Shown one piece after another: positions 8,991-17,853 of a stretch of 64,000 bases of DNA. The position numbers were made by a program, and so were the translations under genes. The stretch's first letter is position 1; each line of letters starts with the position of its first letter. The notes beneath the pieces were generated by a model. The model was not told the DNA's origin. It did not search any database and saw nothing but the letters and a program-made list of their open reading frames with translations. This DNA comes from a virus (lineage: Duplodnaviria; Caudoviricetes), in the IMG/VR virus record IMGVR_UViG_3300005459_000006, positions 4,721 through 68,720 of that record. The stretch is one strand, 5' to 3'.

Positions 8991-9255
8991 AATGAGAGCG
9001 GTGAAAGTTAGTTCCTGGGATGAGCTCTACGAGAAACCTGGGAACTATATGTTCAACGCCAACAACGAAGGGATAGTTGCGAATTGTCCCAACGGCTGTG
9101 GCGATATCATCGCTATCCCATTTGTCAAGGCAAATACAGTCTGGCAATGGGATGGCAACACTAACGAACCAACTATCACGCCGAGTATCCAAAGACGTGG
9201 TGAGAAATGCAACTGGCACGGATTTCTCACCAAAGGTGAATGGGTGACCGTCTAG
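8980..9255 (+). CDS. DUF6527-like Cys/His metal-binding protein
   Basis: CPNGCG...WDGN..PTITPSI....C.WHGFLTKGEW pattern. Confidence 0.65.
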   Translation: MENRMRAVKVSSWDELYEKPGNYMFNANNEGIVANCPNGCGDIIAIPFVKANTVWQWDGNTNEPTITPSIQRRGEKCNWHGFLTKGEWVTV

Positions 9256-9265
9256 GAGAAGCACC

Positions 9266-9451
9266 ATTACTGAATACTACTGCACACTCTGTCGCATCGT
9301 TGTCCAGGAGCGGGACGTATTGTTGAATCAGCATCTACTCATACGTCCGGATGGCGTAAAAGAATATCATTATCTTTTCCCGATTCCTGATGATCCTGAC
9401 GAGCGTCGGCTGTTCCTCATTGCTCGAGGAGTCATAAAGGAGAAGAGATGA
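9266..9451 (+). CDS. 61-aa CxxC protein, apparently starting at ATT
   Basis: AGGAG at 9254-9258, 7 nt before ATT; open to TGA 9449-9451, which overlaps the next ATG. Confidence 0.4.
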   Translation: MTEYYCTLCRIVVQERDVLLNQHLLIRPDGVKEYHYLFPIPDDPDERRLFLIARGVIKEKR

Positions 9452-9547
9452 AACGATTCATTCTGTGGATTTACCGGAAGATTCAGCACTACAACTATGT
9501 CAGGGATTCGGATTACGTAAGTGTCCGTCCGGAGTGGAAAGAATATC

Positions 9548-9796
9548 ATGCCAAACGGTAGAAGCAAGGGCGTCATCATCACCTTGTTACCGAACCGCGG
9601 GTTTGGTTTCATTCGTGGGGATGATTCGATGACGCGATTCTTCCATGTGGATGATGTTACGAACCGCCGGGACTTCGACCTGATGCATGAGGGTCAGCAA
9701 GTCTCCTTCGTGCCGGTCGACATGGGCGAGAAGAATCCGGCAATGCAAAAGGGTAATGGACTAAGAGCGAGTAGCGTCGAACCTCTTCAATCATGA
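9548..9796 (+). CDS. cold-shock-domain (OB-fold) nucleic-acid-binding protein
   Basis: RNP-1 RGFGFI and RNP-2 FFHV motifs, plus QQVSF. Confidence 0.85.
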   Translation: MPNGRSKGVIITLLPNRGFGFIRGDDSMTRFFHVDDVTNRRDFDLMHEGQQVSFVPVDMGEKNPAMQKGNGLRASSVEPLQS

Positions 9797-10563
9797 TCCA
9801 TGATCTCATCACTCTAGAACGTCCGCTGATTTCAGTGGACCTAGAGACAACTGGAATCTATCCAAACGTAGATCGGATCGTCCAGATCGGTCTGCTAAAG
9901 CTCTATCCAGACGGTGAGCTAAACGAATGGGAGACTCTGATTGATCCAGATATCCCCATTCCGGACAACGCCTCCGCCGTTCATCACATCACTGACGCTA
10001 CCGTAAAGGATGCGCCCTACTTTAAAGACATCGCTCCTGTCTTGTACAAGGGTTTCCAGGGTTGTGACTTCTGTGGCTACAACTGCAAGTCGTTCGACAT
10101 ACGCTTCTTTATCGAGGAGTTCCGCCGCTGCGGGATAAACTTCGTTCCAGGATGCATAATCGACTCGTTCCTTATCTTCAAGAAGTATAGTCCACGGAAT
10201 CTATCCGCCGCCCTGAAGCACTATACTGGTAAAGATCTTCTGGATGCCCACTCCGCCCTTGCAGATGCACGAGCATCGATGCAGGTCCTACGTGAGCAGC
10301 TTCTTCAGCACAAGGACCTCCCTCGGAACATCGCCGAGATCGAGCGGTGCTTCAAGGGAGGAGGCAACAACGTCGATGATGAAGGCAAGCTCGTCTGGAA
10401 AAATGGCGAGGTCGTCATAAACTTCGGCGCCAAGGCTGGCACGACTCTCAAACAATGTGATCCAGCCTATCTTCAATGGATACTTCGGTCGAACTTTTCG
10501 GCTGAAGTTAAAGCTATCATCACCAAAGCACTCGCTGGTAAATATCCGACGAGGAGTTCGTGA
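9793..10563 (+). CDS. DEDDh 3'-5' exonuclease (DnaQ/epsilon-like) with ExoX-like C-terminal domain
   Basis: VDLETTG, GYNCKSFD, AHSALADA; C-terminal INFGAKAG...YLQWI. Confidence 0.9.
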   Translation: MIHDLITLERPLISVDLETTGIYPNVDRIVQIGLLKLYPDGELNEWETLIDPDIPIPDNASAVHHITDATVKDAPYFKDIAPVLYKGFQGCDFCGYNCKSFDIRFFIEEFRRCGINFVPGCIIDSFLIFKKYSPRNLSAALKHYTGKDLLDAHSALADARASMQVLREQLLQHKDLPRNIAEIERCFKGGGNNVDDEGKLVWKNGEVVINFGAKAGTTLKQCDPAYLQWILRSNFSAEVKAIITKALAGKYPTRSS

Positions 10564-10745
10564 TGGCTGAAGTCCATTCTTACAAGGTCGACGATCAAAA
10601 AGGCGTGCCCGACCGCCTGATCAGGGAATTTCTGAACGAATGTGAAGAGAAACTGGGTCGCATCAACATCAACATGGTCCCAGTTGTGACTGGAACCGCT
10701 ACGCTTTTGACAATTATCGTGACGAAAAGTGGAGATGCAACCTAG
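10560..10745 (+). CDS. hypothetical protein
   Basis: coupled ORF with GAGGAG RBS. Confidence 0.55.
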   Translation: MMAEVHSYKVDDQKGVPDRLIREFLNECEEKLGRININMVPVVTGTATLLTIIVTKSGDAT

Positions 10746-11008
10746 TGGAACCAGTTGATCCCCGGATTAACCCGATCTATACACCGGCTGGCACCGTCCC
10801 GAAGATGTATGGACGGGGTCAGCCGGGAGTTAAGGAGCTTCCAACGATACTGACTCCTCGTGGCTACATGATCACGAGGTGGTCACCGACAGATGAAGAA
10901 CGGCAGCGCATACTCGAGGGCGAAGATATCTATGTCTCCATCCAAAATGGCGGCATAGTCAACCCAATGTTTGTCACGATAGGGCCAATTGATTGGAACA
11001 CGCGCTAA
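10745..11008 (+). CDS. hypothetical protein
   Basis: coupled ORF in the operon. Confidence 0.55.
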   Translation: MEPVDPRINPIYTPAGTVPKMYGRGQPGVKELPTILTPRGYMITRWSPTDEERQRILEGEDIYVSIQNGGIVNPMFVTIGPIDWNTR

Positions 11009-12591
11009 TTCGTGAGCAAATAAGGTCGGCGTTTCCACCTTTCGATCACCAGATCGTAGGAATCGATGCGCTTGTCAAGTGGGATGACCCGCACATTGGC
11101 CGAATCTTCGGTGGGTGTTTCGCACTCTTCGATGAGATGGGTGTGGGAAAGACTTATCAGGTGATCAATGCAGCCCAAATCCTATTTGAGGCTAATGCTT
11201 TGGATCGGGTTTTTGTTGTTGCTCCTGCCCCTATTCGCACTGTTTGGTTTCATCCTGAATTGGGTGAACTGAAGAACCACCTGTGGCCTGACCTCCCTGT
11301 CTGGGTCACAGAATACCACAGTCGTAGGCGGCAGTGGAAGCAGGGAAAGCCTCGTCCTGATGGTCGTGTTTTGAAGTGGGTTGTGACGAACTACGATTTT
11401 ATACGTGATCCTGATCGCCGTGCGGTGCTCCTCCAGCTAGCATCGAAGCGATCATGGATTATTTTGGATGAGTCAACGGCGATCAAGAATCCGTCTGCCA
11501 TCCAGACGAAGGCTTGCCTAGAAATTCGTAAAAAATGCGGACGTGCAAGCATCCTCAATGGCACGCCCTCGCCCAACGGACCCGGTGACCTCTTCTCTCA
11601 GGCATACTTCCTCGACCCGCGCATCTTCGGATGCAAGTCCTACTATCATTTCAAAGCTCGCTACGGAGTGATGGGAGGCTGGCAAGGTCGTCAGGTTGTC
11701 GCGTGGCGCGATATCCCAGATATCCAGCGACGATTTGCACCCTACATCCTTCGTAGACTCAAGGAACAGTGCGTAGATCTTCCAGAGAAGCTTCCTCCAG
11801 TTATCATGGAAGCGACAATGAAGCCCTCAACCTGGAATATCTACAAACAAATGCGCGACGACATGGTCGCGTGGCTCAGCGAGGATACTCTTGCCACGGC
11901 GCAACAAGCGATCGTTCGAATCCTACGTCTATCCCAGATTACGAGCGGCTTTCTTGGAGGCGTGCAACAGGGAGATGTCGATTATTGTGAAACGACTGAA
12001 GAACCAGAAGTTCAGAGTCAAGATCTCAAGACGAACATCACGAAAGAGATCGGCTCGGAGAAGCTAGATCTCTTCATGGAGCTTTTCAAGATCCTACTCG
12101 AGGGAGACGACGGTCTCAAGCTCCTCGTCTGGTGCAGGTTCCGTGCAGAGCTCAATAGACTTCATGCACGTCTGTCTACCATGTATCCTACGATCCCATT
12201 GGGCCGGATTCATGGCGGACAAAAGAGAGATGAACGTGATGCAGCACTTAGGCTATTGGATCCTCGAGTTTGTCCTTCTGGTCCCGTTGTGGTGGTTGGC
12301 ACTCCGGCTAGCGGAGCGATGGGGCTTAATCTCACTGCTTCCCATACAGTCGTCTACCTCTCCAACGACTATAATCTTAAAACCAGACTCCAATCAGAGG
12401 ATCGTGTGCATCGTCCAGGCCAAACCTCTCCAGTATCTTACTTTGATATTGTTGCAGAAGGTCCGAACGGCCAGAAGACAATCGACCACACGATCATGAA
12501 AGCACTGAAGGCGAAGGACGATCTTGCGAAATGGACAGCGAGTGCATGGCTGAGCGAACTCAAGGAAGAGCTAACAGTCGAGGTGACGTGA
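10993..12591 (+). CDS. SNF2-family (SF2) helicase
   Basis: DEMGVGKT, ILDEST, NGTP, GLNLT, QSEDRVHRPGQ. Confidence 0.93.
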   Translation: MEHALIREQIRSAFPPFDHQIVGIDALVKWDDPHIGRIFGGCFALFDEMGVGKTYQVINAAQILFEANALDRVFVVAPAPIRTVWFHPELGELKNHLWPDLPVWVTEYHSRRRQWKQGKPRPDGRVLKWVVTNYDFIRDPDRRAVLLQLASKRSWIILDESTAIKNPSAIQTKACLEIRKKCGRASILNGTPSPNGPGDLFSQAYFLDPRIFGCKSYYHFKARYGVMGGWQGRQVVAWRDIPDIQRRFAPYILRRLKEQCVDLPEKLPPVIMEATMKPSTWNIYKQMRDDMVAWLSEDTLATAQQAIVRILRLSQITSGFLGGVQQGDVDYCETTEEPEVQSQDLKTNITKEIGSEKLDLFMELFKILLEGDDGLKLLVWCRFRAELNRLHARLSTMYPTIPLGRIHGGQKRDERDAALRLLDPRVCPSGPVVVVGTPASGAMGLNLTASHTVVYLSNDYNLKTRLQSEDRVHRPGQTSPVSYFDIVAEGPNGQKTIDHTIMKALKAKDDLAKWTASAWLSELKEELTVEVT

Positions 12592-12842
12592 TGGCGATGC
12601 ATCGCTTCTGTGACCTGTGCAACCATGAGATTCCACCAGACGATATCTACTTTTATATCTCCCTCGAAGGGAGGGTCGGCACAGCGATGGTCGCCAAGGC
12701 TTTCTCGGAGTACTGTAAGGAATGCGTGATGGATGGGAAAGCGACGAAGGATCTCTACACCGCCTTCGATACATTTGTCACGGCCGAGAGGGATAAGAAG
12801 GACGGGAAGGTCAAGCCCAACGGTGATCAGAGAAATTCCTAA
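12591..12842 (+). CDS. Zn-finger protein (CDLC...CKEC)
   Basis: two CxxC pairs; GAGGTG RBS. Confidence 0.65.
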   Translation: MAMHRFCDLCNHEIPPDDIYFYISLEGRVGTAMVAKAFSEYCKECVMDGKATKDLYTAFDTFVTAERDKKDGKVKPNGDQRNS

Positions 12843-12902
12843 TGGGCTGATGACGTCTGCCAACGGTGGTCAAAAATTCGGGTTTTGGGCATTTAACCTA
12901 AT

Positions 12903-13280
12903 ATGAGTAAGCAAGCCGCGCAAATCGTTAATCTGATTCAAAACTGGGTGAACTACGAGCTATCATTGCGCGAGTTCTCGGTGTTGCGTGCCAGCGATGG
13001 CGCTGTCGTTCGAGACATCGCTCCGCAACTTGCGACGTATCTGGCTGAACACCTTGCCGCCTCGCCCTCTGTCGTCTCGGCGCCTGCAAGGCATCGTTAT
13101 GAGCCAGACGTTTACGTGGGAAGTCCCTGCAAAGTGTGTCGTCTAGAGCCGACGCATCACAGCCATGCCGTCGTCTCGGCGCCGCCAAAGAAGCGACACG
13201 ATCGTTCTTGTCCAGCATACGGCAATTACCAGCCACCGTACGAAGAATGTAATTGTGGCTACGAGTCCGCCAATGAATGA
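12903..13280 (+). CDS. hypothetical protein with Cys/His-rich C-terminus
   Basis: ORF track; CKVC, C...CNC. Confidence 0.5.
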   Translation: MSKQAAQIVNLIQNWVNYELSLREFSVLRASDGAVVRDIAPQLATYLAEHLAASPSVVSAPARHRYEPDVYVGSPCKVCRLEPTHHSHAVVSAPPKKRHDRSCPAYGNYQPPYEECNCGYESANE

Positions 13281-13485
13281 CGCACCTTGCTCCAACGGCC
13301 ATACCTGGACTCATCAGTGGGGTGACGACTGGACGCCCGACGTGGGCACGCCTTGCGATTGTGGCAAGAAGAAATGGGGAATCCCGCTGACAGTCACGCG
13401 AGAGCATCAGTGGGAATTCTACGCGAATGGCAGCTTCTGTAAGCGATGTGGGGCACAGATTGGATCTGGGACACCGTGTCGATAG
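13273..13485 (+). CDS. small Zn-binding protein
   Basis: C..H, CDC, HQW, CKRC; overlaps the previous stop. Confidence 0.5.
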   Translation: MNDAPCSNGHTWTHQWGDDWTPDVGTPCDCGKKKWGIPLTVTREHQWEFYANGSFCKRCGAQIGSGTPCR

Positions 13486-13494
13486 GAGGATTTC

Positions 13495-13641
13495 ATGAAA
13501 CCGACTGATGAGGACGTGACCAAGTCCAACCAGGATCTGGATGAATCCAGTGAAGATCCAGACACCGACGAATTCGATGACGACGAGGACGAAGACAGCG
13601 AGTATGACGAATCGGACATGGAGGATGAAGAGGACGAATGA
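13495..13641 (+). CDS. 48-aa extremely acidic peptide (not in ORF track)
   Basis: AGGAGG RBS; MKPTDEDVTKSNQDLDESSEDPDTDEFDDDEDEDSEYDESDMEDEEDE; stop overlaps the next ATG. Confidence 0.75.
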   Translation: MKPTDEDVTKSNQDLDESSEDPDTDEFDDDEDEDSEYDESDMEDEEDE

Positions 13642-13844
13642 CTAGACTGGTCGCTCGTAACGGCAGAATCGAGAAGGAGTCAACCGTGGAATCAAAGGAA
13701 CCCGTCCCTCACAGTCTTACTCCCGCCCTCGAAGCGGTGCTGGCGGAGCTGAAAAAGCAGACTGAACTGATGGAGAAGATCAGCTCGGTCCTGAGCAGAC
13801 TGGCTGACATCCTCGACAAGGTCAGCGATGTCAAGGGACAGTAA
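13638..13844 (+). CDS. hypothetical coiled-coil protein
   Basis: ATGA coupling; amphipathic C-terminal helix. Confidence 0.55.
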   Translation: MTRLVARNGRIEKESTVESKEPVPHSLTPALEAVLAELKKQTELMEKISSVLSRLADILDKVSDVKGQ

Positions 13845-14025
13845 CGCGAAGCCCGACACGTTCATCGTCGTGCTCCGCTACGCGCGTGGCTCCGAGGAGA
13901 TATCCAAGGTCGTCTCGCTCGACATCAGTCTAGAACCGAACAACGCGGTCGCTCGTTTAGCCTTTACTGATGGTCACTCCGAGTGCTATCAAGGCTTTAA
14001 GGGCGTCAAGGTGCGAAATCCATAA
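13828..14025 (+). CDS. hypothetical protein
   Basis: overlapping, coupled ORF. Confidence 0.5.
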   Translation: MSRDSNAKPDTFIVVLRYARGSEEISKVVSLDISLEPNNAVARLAFTDGHSECYQGFKGVKVRNP

Positions 14026-14285
14026 TGGGACGCCGATACACTTATAGTCCATCCAATGTATGGGAGTGGACTCGTCAACGTAACTTCCGTTTTGCGTGCT
14101 GTGATTGTGGACTGGTCCATGTATTGGACTTCAAGATTGAACATACGCCCTTCTTCGCAAAGCTCTTCATGAAGGCGCGGCGAGATAATCGCGCGACCGG
14201 CCAGATACGCCGATGGGATCGCGCCAAGAAAAAGCGTGCAATAAATGATGTGCCACGATCTTCCAAACGCCGTCGTTTACCCTAA
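14025..14285 (+). CDS. small basic protein with CCDCGLVH motif
   Basis: TAATG coupling; metal-binding motif. Confidence 0.6.
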   Translation: MGRRYTYSPSNVWEWTRQRNFRFACCDCGLVHVLDFKIEHTPFFAKLFMKARRDNRATGQIRRWDRAKKKRAINDVPRSSKRRRLP

Positions 14286-14311
14286 TACTCTGTACGGAAC
14301 AGACAAAACAC

Positions 14312-14340
14312 TTGCAAAAGGTTAAAAAACGTGGTATAAT
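14312..14340 (+). promoter_or_regulatory. sigma70-type promoter of the primase gene
   Basis: TTGCAA-17 nt-TATAAT preceded by GTGG. Confidence 0.85.
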
Positions 14341-14374
14341 ATAAGTTTCCTCTGTCTACTCCGCATACTAGCGT

Positions 14375-16462
14375 ATGGCCGCCCTTCCAGTCTGGCTAGC
14401 CGACTATTATAAACGTGGATTTCGGCTTATCTTTTATCCCCCTCAGCAAAAAGGCCCAAGTGGTCTTGAAGCGAAAGATTGGCAGAAGCAGAGTCACACC
14501 ACCGAAGATTACGAAAAGTGGCTCGCAAAAGGAGTTCAACCGAATGTAGGCGTTTTCCTTGGAGTCGAGATTCAGCCAGGGAAATATTTAGCTGACGTGG
14601 ATTTCGACTGGTCGGAGGGACTCCGCCTTCATCGAACGATCTTACCACCCACCGGATTCGGCTTCGGTCGTGACTCCCGCCGTATCTCCCATGTTTTCTA
14701 TACGACTCCTGAACCGATCATCAATGAAGCTTTCAAAGATATCGATGAGAAGACGACTTTCGTCGAAATCCGAGGAGCTACGAAGGACGGCGATATCGGT
14801 CAGCAAACGATGGTCCCTCCCTCGATTCATCCCTCCGGGGAGAAGGTTGAAATTCGTTCTGATGACGAGATAGGCCACGCGACTAATCTTCGCAGAGCTA
14901 TTGTCCTTTACGCCGTCGCCTGTATCTTATTCAAGCATCTGGGCGATCGAGGTCTCCTCCACGACACAAGACTTGGCACCGCAGGTTTCCTTCTCAAAGA
15001 AGGCGTCTCAGAAGCTGAGGTCATCAGTATCTGTACTGCCGTAGCAGAGGTCACTAGGAACGATGTAACGGACGTCGCCACAGCCGTCAAATCCACCGCC
15101 AACCGCCTCAAAGCGCACGAACCGGTCAAAGGTCGCAGCGAGCTGATCAAGGCCATCGGTAAGCAGGGTCAGCAAGTCCTCAACCGAATCATGCGATGGC
15201 TCGGCCGCGAGGATTTCGTCTACAACGATAAGGGCAAGATCCTTCCAGACAACGAATCGAACATAACCATCGCCCTAGACAAGATGGATGTCCGACTCGC
15301 CTACGATGAGTTCAACAACCATCAATATATCAAGTATAACGGCTACGAGGGACAGAACAAGGGCATCATCAACAACCAAGTCTGGCTTGATATCCAGTCT
15401 AATTTCCACTTCAAGCCCGGCCTGGAGTTCTACTATATCGTCACTGACTCGATCGCCTATAAGCGGAAATTCCACCCAGTCCGCGACTACTTGGATAGCC
15501 TGAAGTGGGATGGGATCCCCCGGCTCGAGGAGTGGCTAATCAAATACGGACAGGCCGCCGATTCGCCCTATACGCGCGCAGTGAGCGCGATCGTTCTGAT
15601 TGCGGCCGTTCGACGAATCCGTCAACCGGGATGCAAGTTCGACGAGCTCATGGTCCTTGAGAGCGAGCAGGGGATGTTCAAATCTTCTGCCCTGCGAGCC
15701 TTGTGCCCGAGGGAGGAATGGTTTTCCGATGATTTGCCACTGTATGCTGATGCGAAGGAAATCATCGAGAGGACGACTGGGAAATGGATCATCGAGGCTT
15801 CTGAGTTGAGCGGAATGAGCGCACGAAATATAGATCACCTGAAGTCTATGTTGAGCCGTGAGAAAGACGAAAGCAGACTGGCCTATGGCCGAACGAGGGA
15901 ATCGTATCCACGTCAATTTATCATCATTGGGACCACGAATTCCCATAAATATCTGCAGGATGAGACCGGGAACCGCCGATTCTGGCCCATCCGTCTGCAA
16001 CAATTCAACATACCCGGTTTGAAAGCCGAGCGGGATCAGCTCTGGGCCGAGGCCGCTTCGAGGGAGGCTCAGGGCGAATCAATTCGCCTTGATCCCGGGC
16101 TGTATGGACAAGCTACCGTCCAGCAAGAGCGACGACGAATCGAAGATCCTTGGGAGATCACCCTCCGAACTCAGTTCGGCCAGCCCTGCCCCGATGAAGG
16201 ATGCGAATACGATCCCGTCAAAGATCGTCGTCATAAGCGAATTTGTAAGATCTGTGGTTACATCGATACGGGTGGCTGTCAGGTATCTGTGGACGCCGTC
16301 TACTCCGCCCTAGCTCTCCCCGTATCTCACCGAACGCCTGCCATGAGCAAGCGAATCAGCGCTATCATGCAAGGCCTCGGCTTCGTGTATGGCGTGTATA
16401 AAGATGCATCCACAAAGGGAATTAGCACGCGAGCCTGGATCAAGAAGCCGCCTGAATCTTGA
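14375..16462 (+). CDS. bifunctional primase-polymerase fused to a VapE/VirE-like helicase
   Basis: N-terminal NVGVFLG..LADVDFD, RISH..Y, MVPPSIHPSG; C-terminal EQGMFKS, IIEASE, FIIIGTTN, DETGNRRFWP. Confidence 0.9.
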   Translation: MAALPVWLADYYKRGFRLIFYPPQQKGPSGLEAKDWQKQSHTTEDYEKWLAKGVQPNVGVFLGVEIQPGKYLADVDFDWSEGLRLHRTILPPTGFGFGRDSRRISHVFYTTPEPIINEAFKDIDEKTTFVEIRGATKDGDIGQQTMVPPSIHPSGEKVEIRSDDEIGHATNLRRAIVLYAVACILFKHLGDRGLLHDTRLGTAGFLLKEGVSEAEVISICTAVAEVTRNDVTDVATAVKSTANRLKAHEPVKGRSELIKAIGKQGQQVLNRIMRWLGREDFVYNDKGKILPDNESNITIALDKMDVRLAYDEFNNHQYIKYNGYEGQNKGIINNQVWLDIQSNFHFKPGLEFYYIVTDSIAYKRKFHPVRDYLDSLKWDGIPRLEEWLIKYGQAADSPYTRAVSAIVLIAAVRRIRQPGCKFDELMVLESEQGMFKSSALRALCPREEWFSDDLPLYADAKEIIERTTGKWIIEASELSGMSARNIDHLKSMLSREKDESRLAYGRTRESYPRQFIIIGTTNSHKYLQDETGNRRFWPIRLQQFNIPGLKAERDQLWAEAASREAQGESIRLDPGLYGQATVQQERRRIEDPWEITLRTQFGQPCPDEGCEYDPVKDRRHKRICKICGYIDTGGCQVSVDAVYSALALPVSHRTPAMSKRISAIMQGLGFVYGVYKDASTKGISTRAWIKKPPES

Positions 16463-16554
16463 TGGAATGCGCGAACCGGCAAATTATGTTACCTAGTTTG
16501 GTCGTAGATACGACCAGTTCATCACGATCGACGAAATGCACGAGGAGGTCAACA

Positions 16555-16890
16555 ATGGAACGCCGACTGTTTCTACAAGGACTCGTCACGAGCGTTGTTG
16601 GGACTTCAGTAGGAGTGGAACTCGCCACTCCGAGGGAGGTCGCCGCGGTCGTTTCTGGCGACAAGCTCGCGATGACCAAGCTCGAGGAAGGGCCGATACC
16701 TGTCCCGTTCTTCGGTGACGGGAAAGTATACTCGAGGGATAGTGACGGGAATTACGTCATGATCGGCGTGATGACCGAGCTTCGTGTTGAGTCGCAGGTA
16801 ATGGATGCGACATCTGGCTGGGATGGCGAGGTTCGTCTGGTCCCAGGACTTCTGAGGAACCCGAAATTGTTGTTTAGCGGGCCTTTCTGA
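16555..16890 (+). CDS. protein with a twin-arginine (Tat)-like signal peptide
   Basis: GAGGAGG RBS; begins MERRLFLQGLVTSVVG. Confidence 0.65.
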   Translation: MERRLFLQGLVTSVVGTSVGVELATPREVAAVVSGDKLAMTKLEEGPIPVPFFGDGKVYSRDSDGNYVMIGVMTELRVESQVMDATSGWDGEVRLVPGLLRNPKLLFSGPF

Positions 16891-17044
16891 GGAATTCACG
16901 ACCAACGAAACGATGAAAGGTGGGAACGACCAACGAAACATGAGCCGAGTGGAGGTCTGTTTAGCCGCTAGAATCGAGGGAACTGGCACGGCCTCGCGCG
17001 GTTTGGATGGCTTATCGTGTAATTCTTACGCTCTTTCAGTGGTT

Positions 17045-17398
17045 GGGTTACATATGGGTTACGTCGGGTTACGCGCGTTTTTTGCCTTCCGAGAGGGCTC
17101 TAAGTGCTCTAGATGCAACAGGTTAGCGTCTTTGAACTTGCAATAGGTATACAGGTTACACTGCGGTTCTCAACAGTTGCCAGAAATATGCCCGGTCATG
17201 TATCGCCCTATACTGTGCCACGTAACCTAGTAACCTATGTAACATATATAAGAATAGGGAAATAGGGATAAATCCTCGATGGCTGTAAGTGGCTGCAAAC
17301 AAAGCACTTACGGCCGTTCAGCAAGCGTCCCAATCGCAAAATATTGGGTTACATCAGCACTTGTAACCCAATTTTAAATCACTAAACCGGCGTAACCC
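17045..17398. repeat. GGTTAC/GTAACC iteron-like repeats in a non-coding stretch; candidate replication origin
   Basis: GGGTTAC at 17045, 17056, 17066, 17346; GGTTAC at 17154; GTAACC at 17222, 17230, 17363, 17392; directly downstream of the primase-helicase. Confidence 0.5.
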
Positions 17399-17853
17399 TT
17401 CTCTTGATAGCAAGAATATGCGATTCACGATTTCGCCGTTGACCTCCCTCGACCCGCCTGCCGCATCCCGAGGTCCGCCTCCCTCGAACCGATGCCCAGA
17501 TGGACGATTGGACAGAATTCAAAAATGGAAAAGATTGGAAACGCGGATATCAACCGAACTTTAAGAGCGTCCAACGTTGAAACTCAGTGTAATAAAACGA
17601 TGCAGATTGCACAAAATTGCACACTTCTGCACATCTTACATATCTGTAATTAGAGGCCCTTGACCTTTCCTACGTTCCCTCGATTAGTTGGGAGGATGGG
17701 ATAGGAAGTCGGGGATTTCGGTGACCTCAATGCCCCAATATCGGGCAGGGCGATGTCGGGCTCCTATCCAATTGGCACGATCTATGCTAGGAGCCTCCCA
17801 CTTACAATATTGGTAGTTGCAAACGGTTTAAAACTGTGGTATCATGCTTTCCT

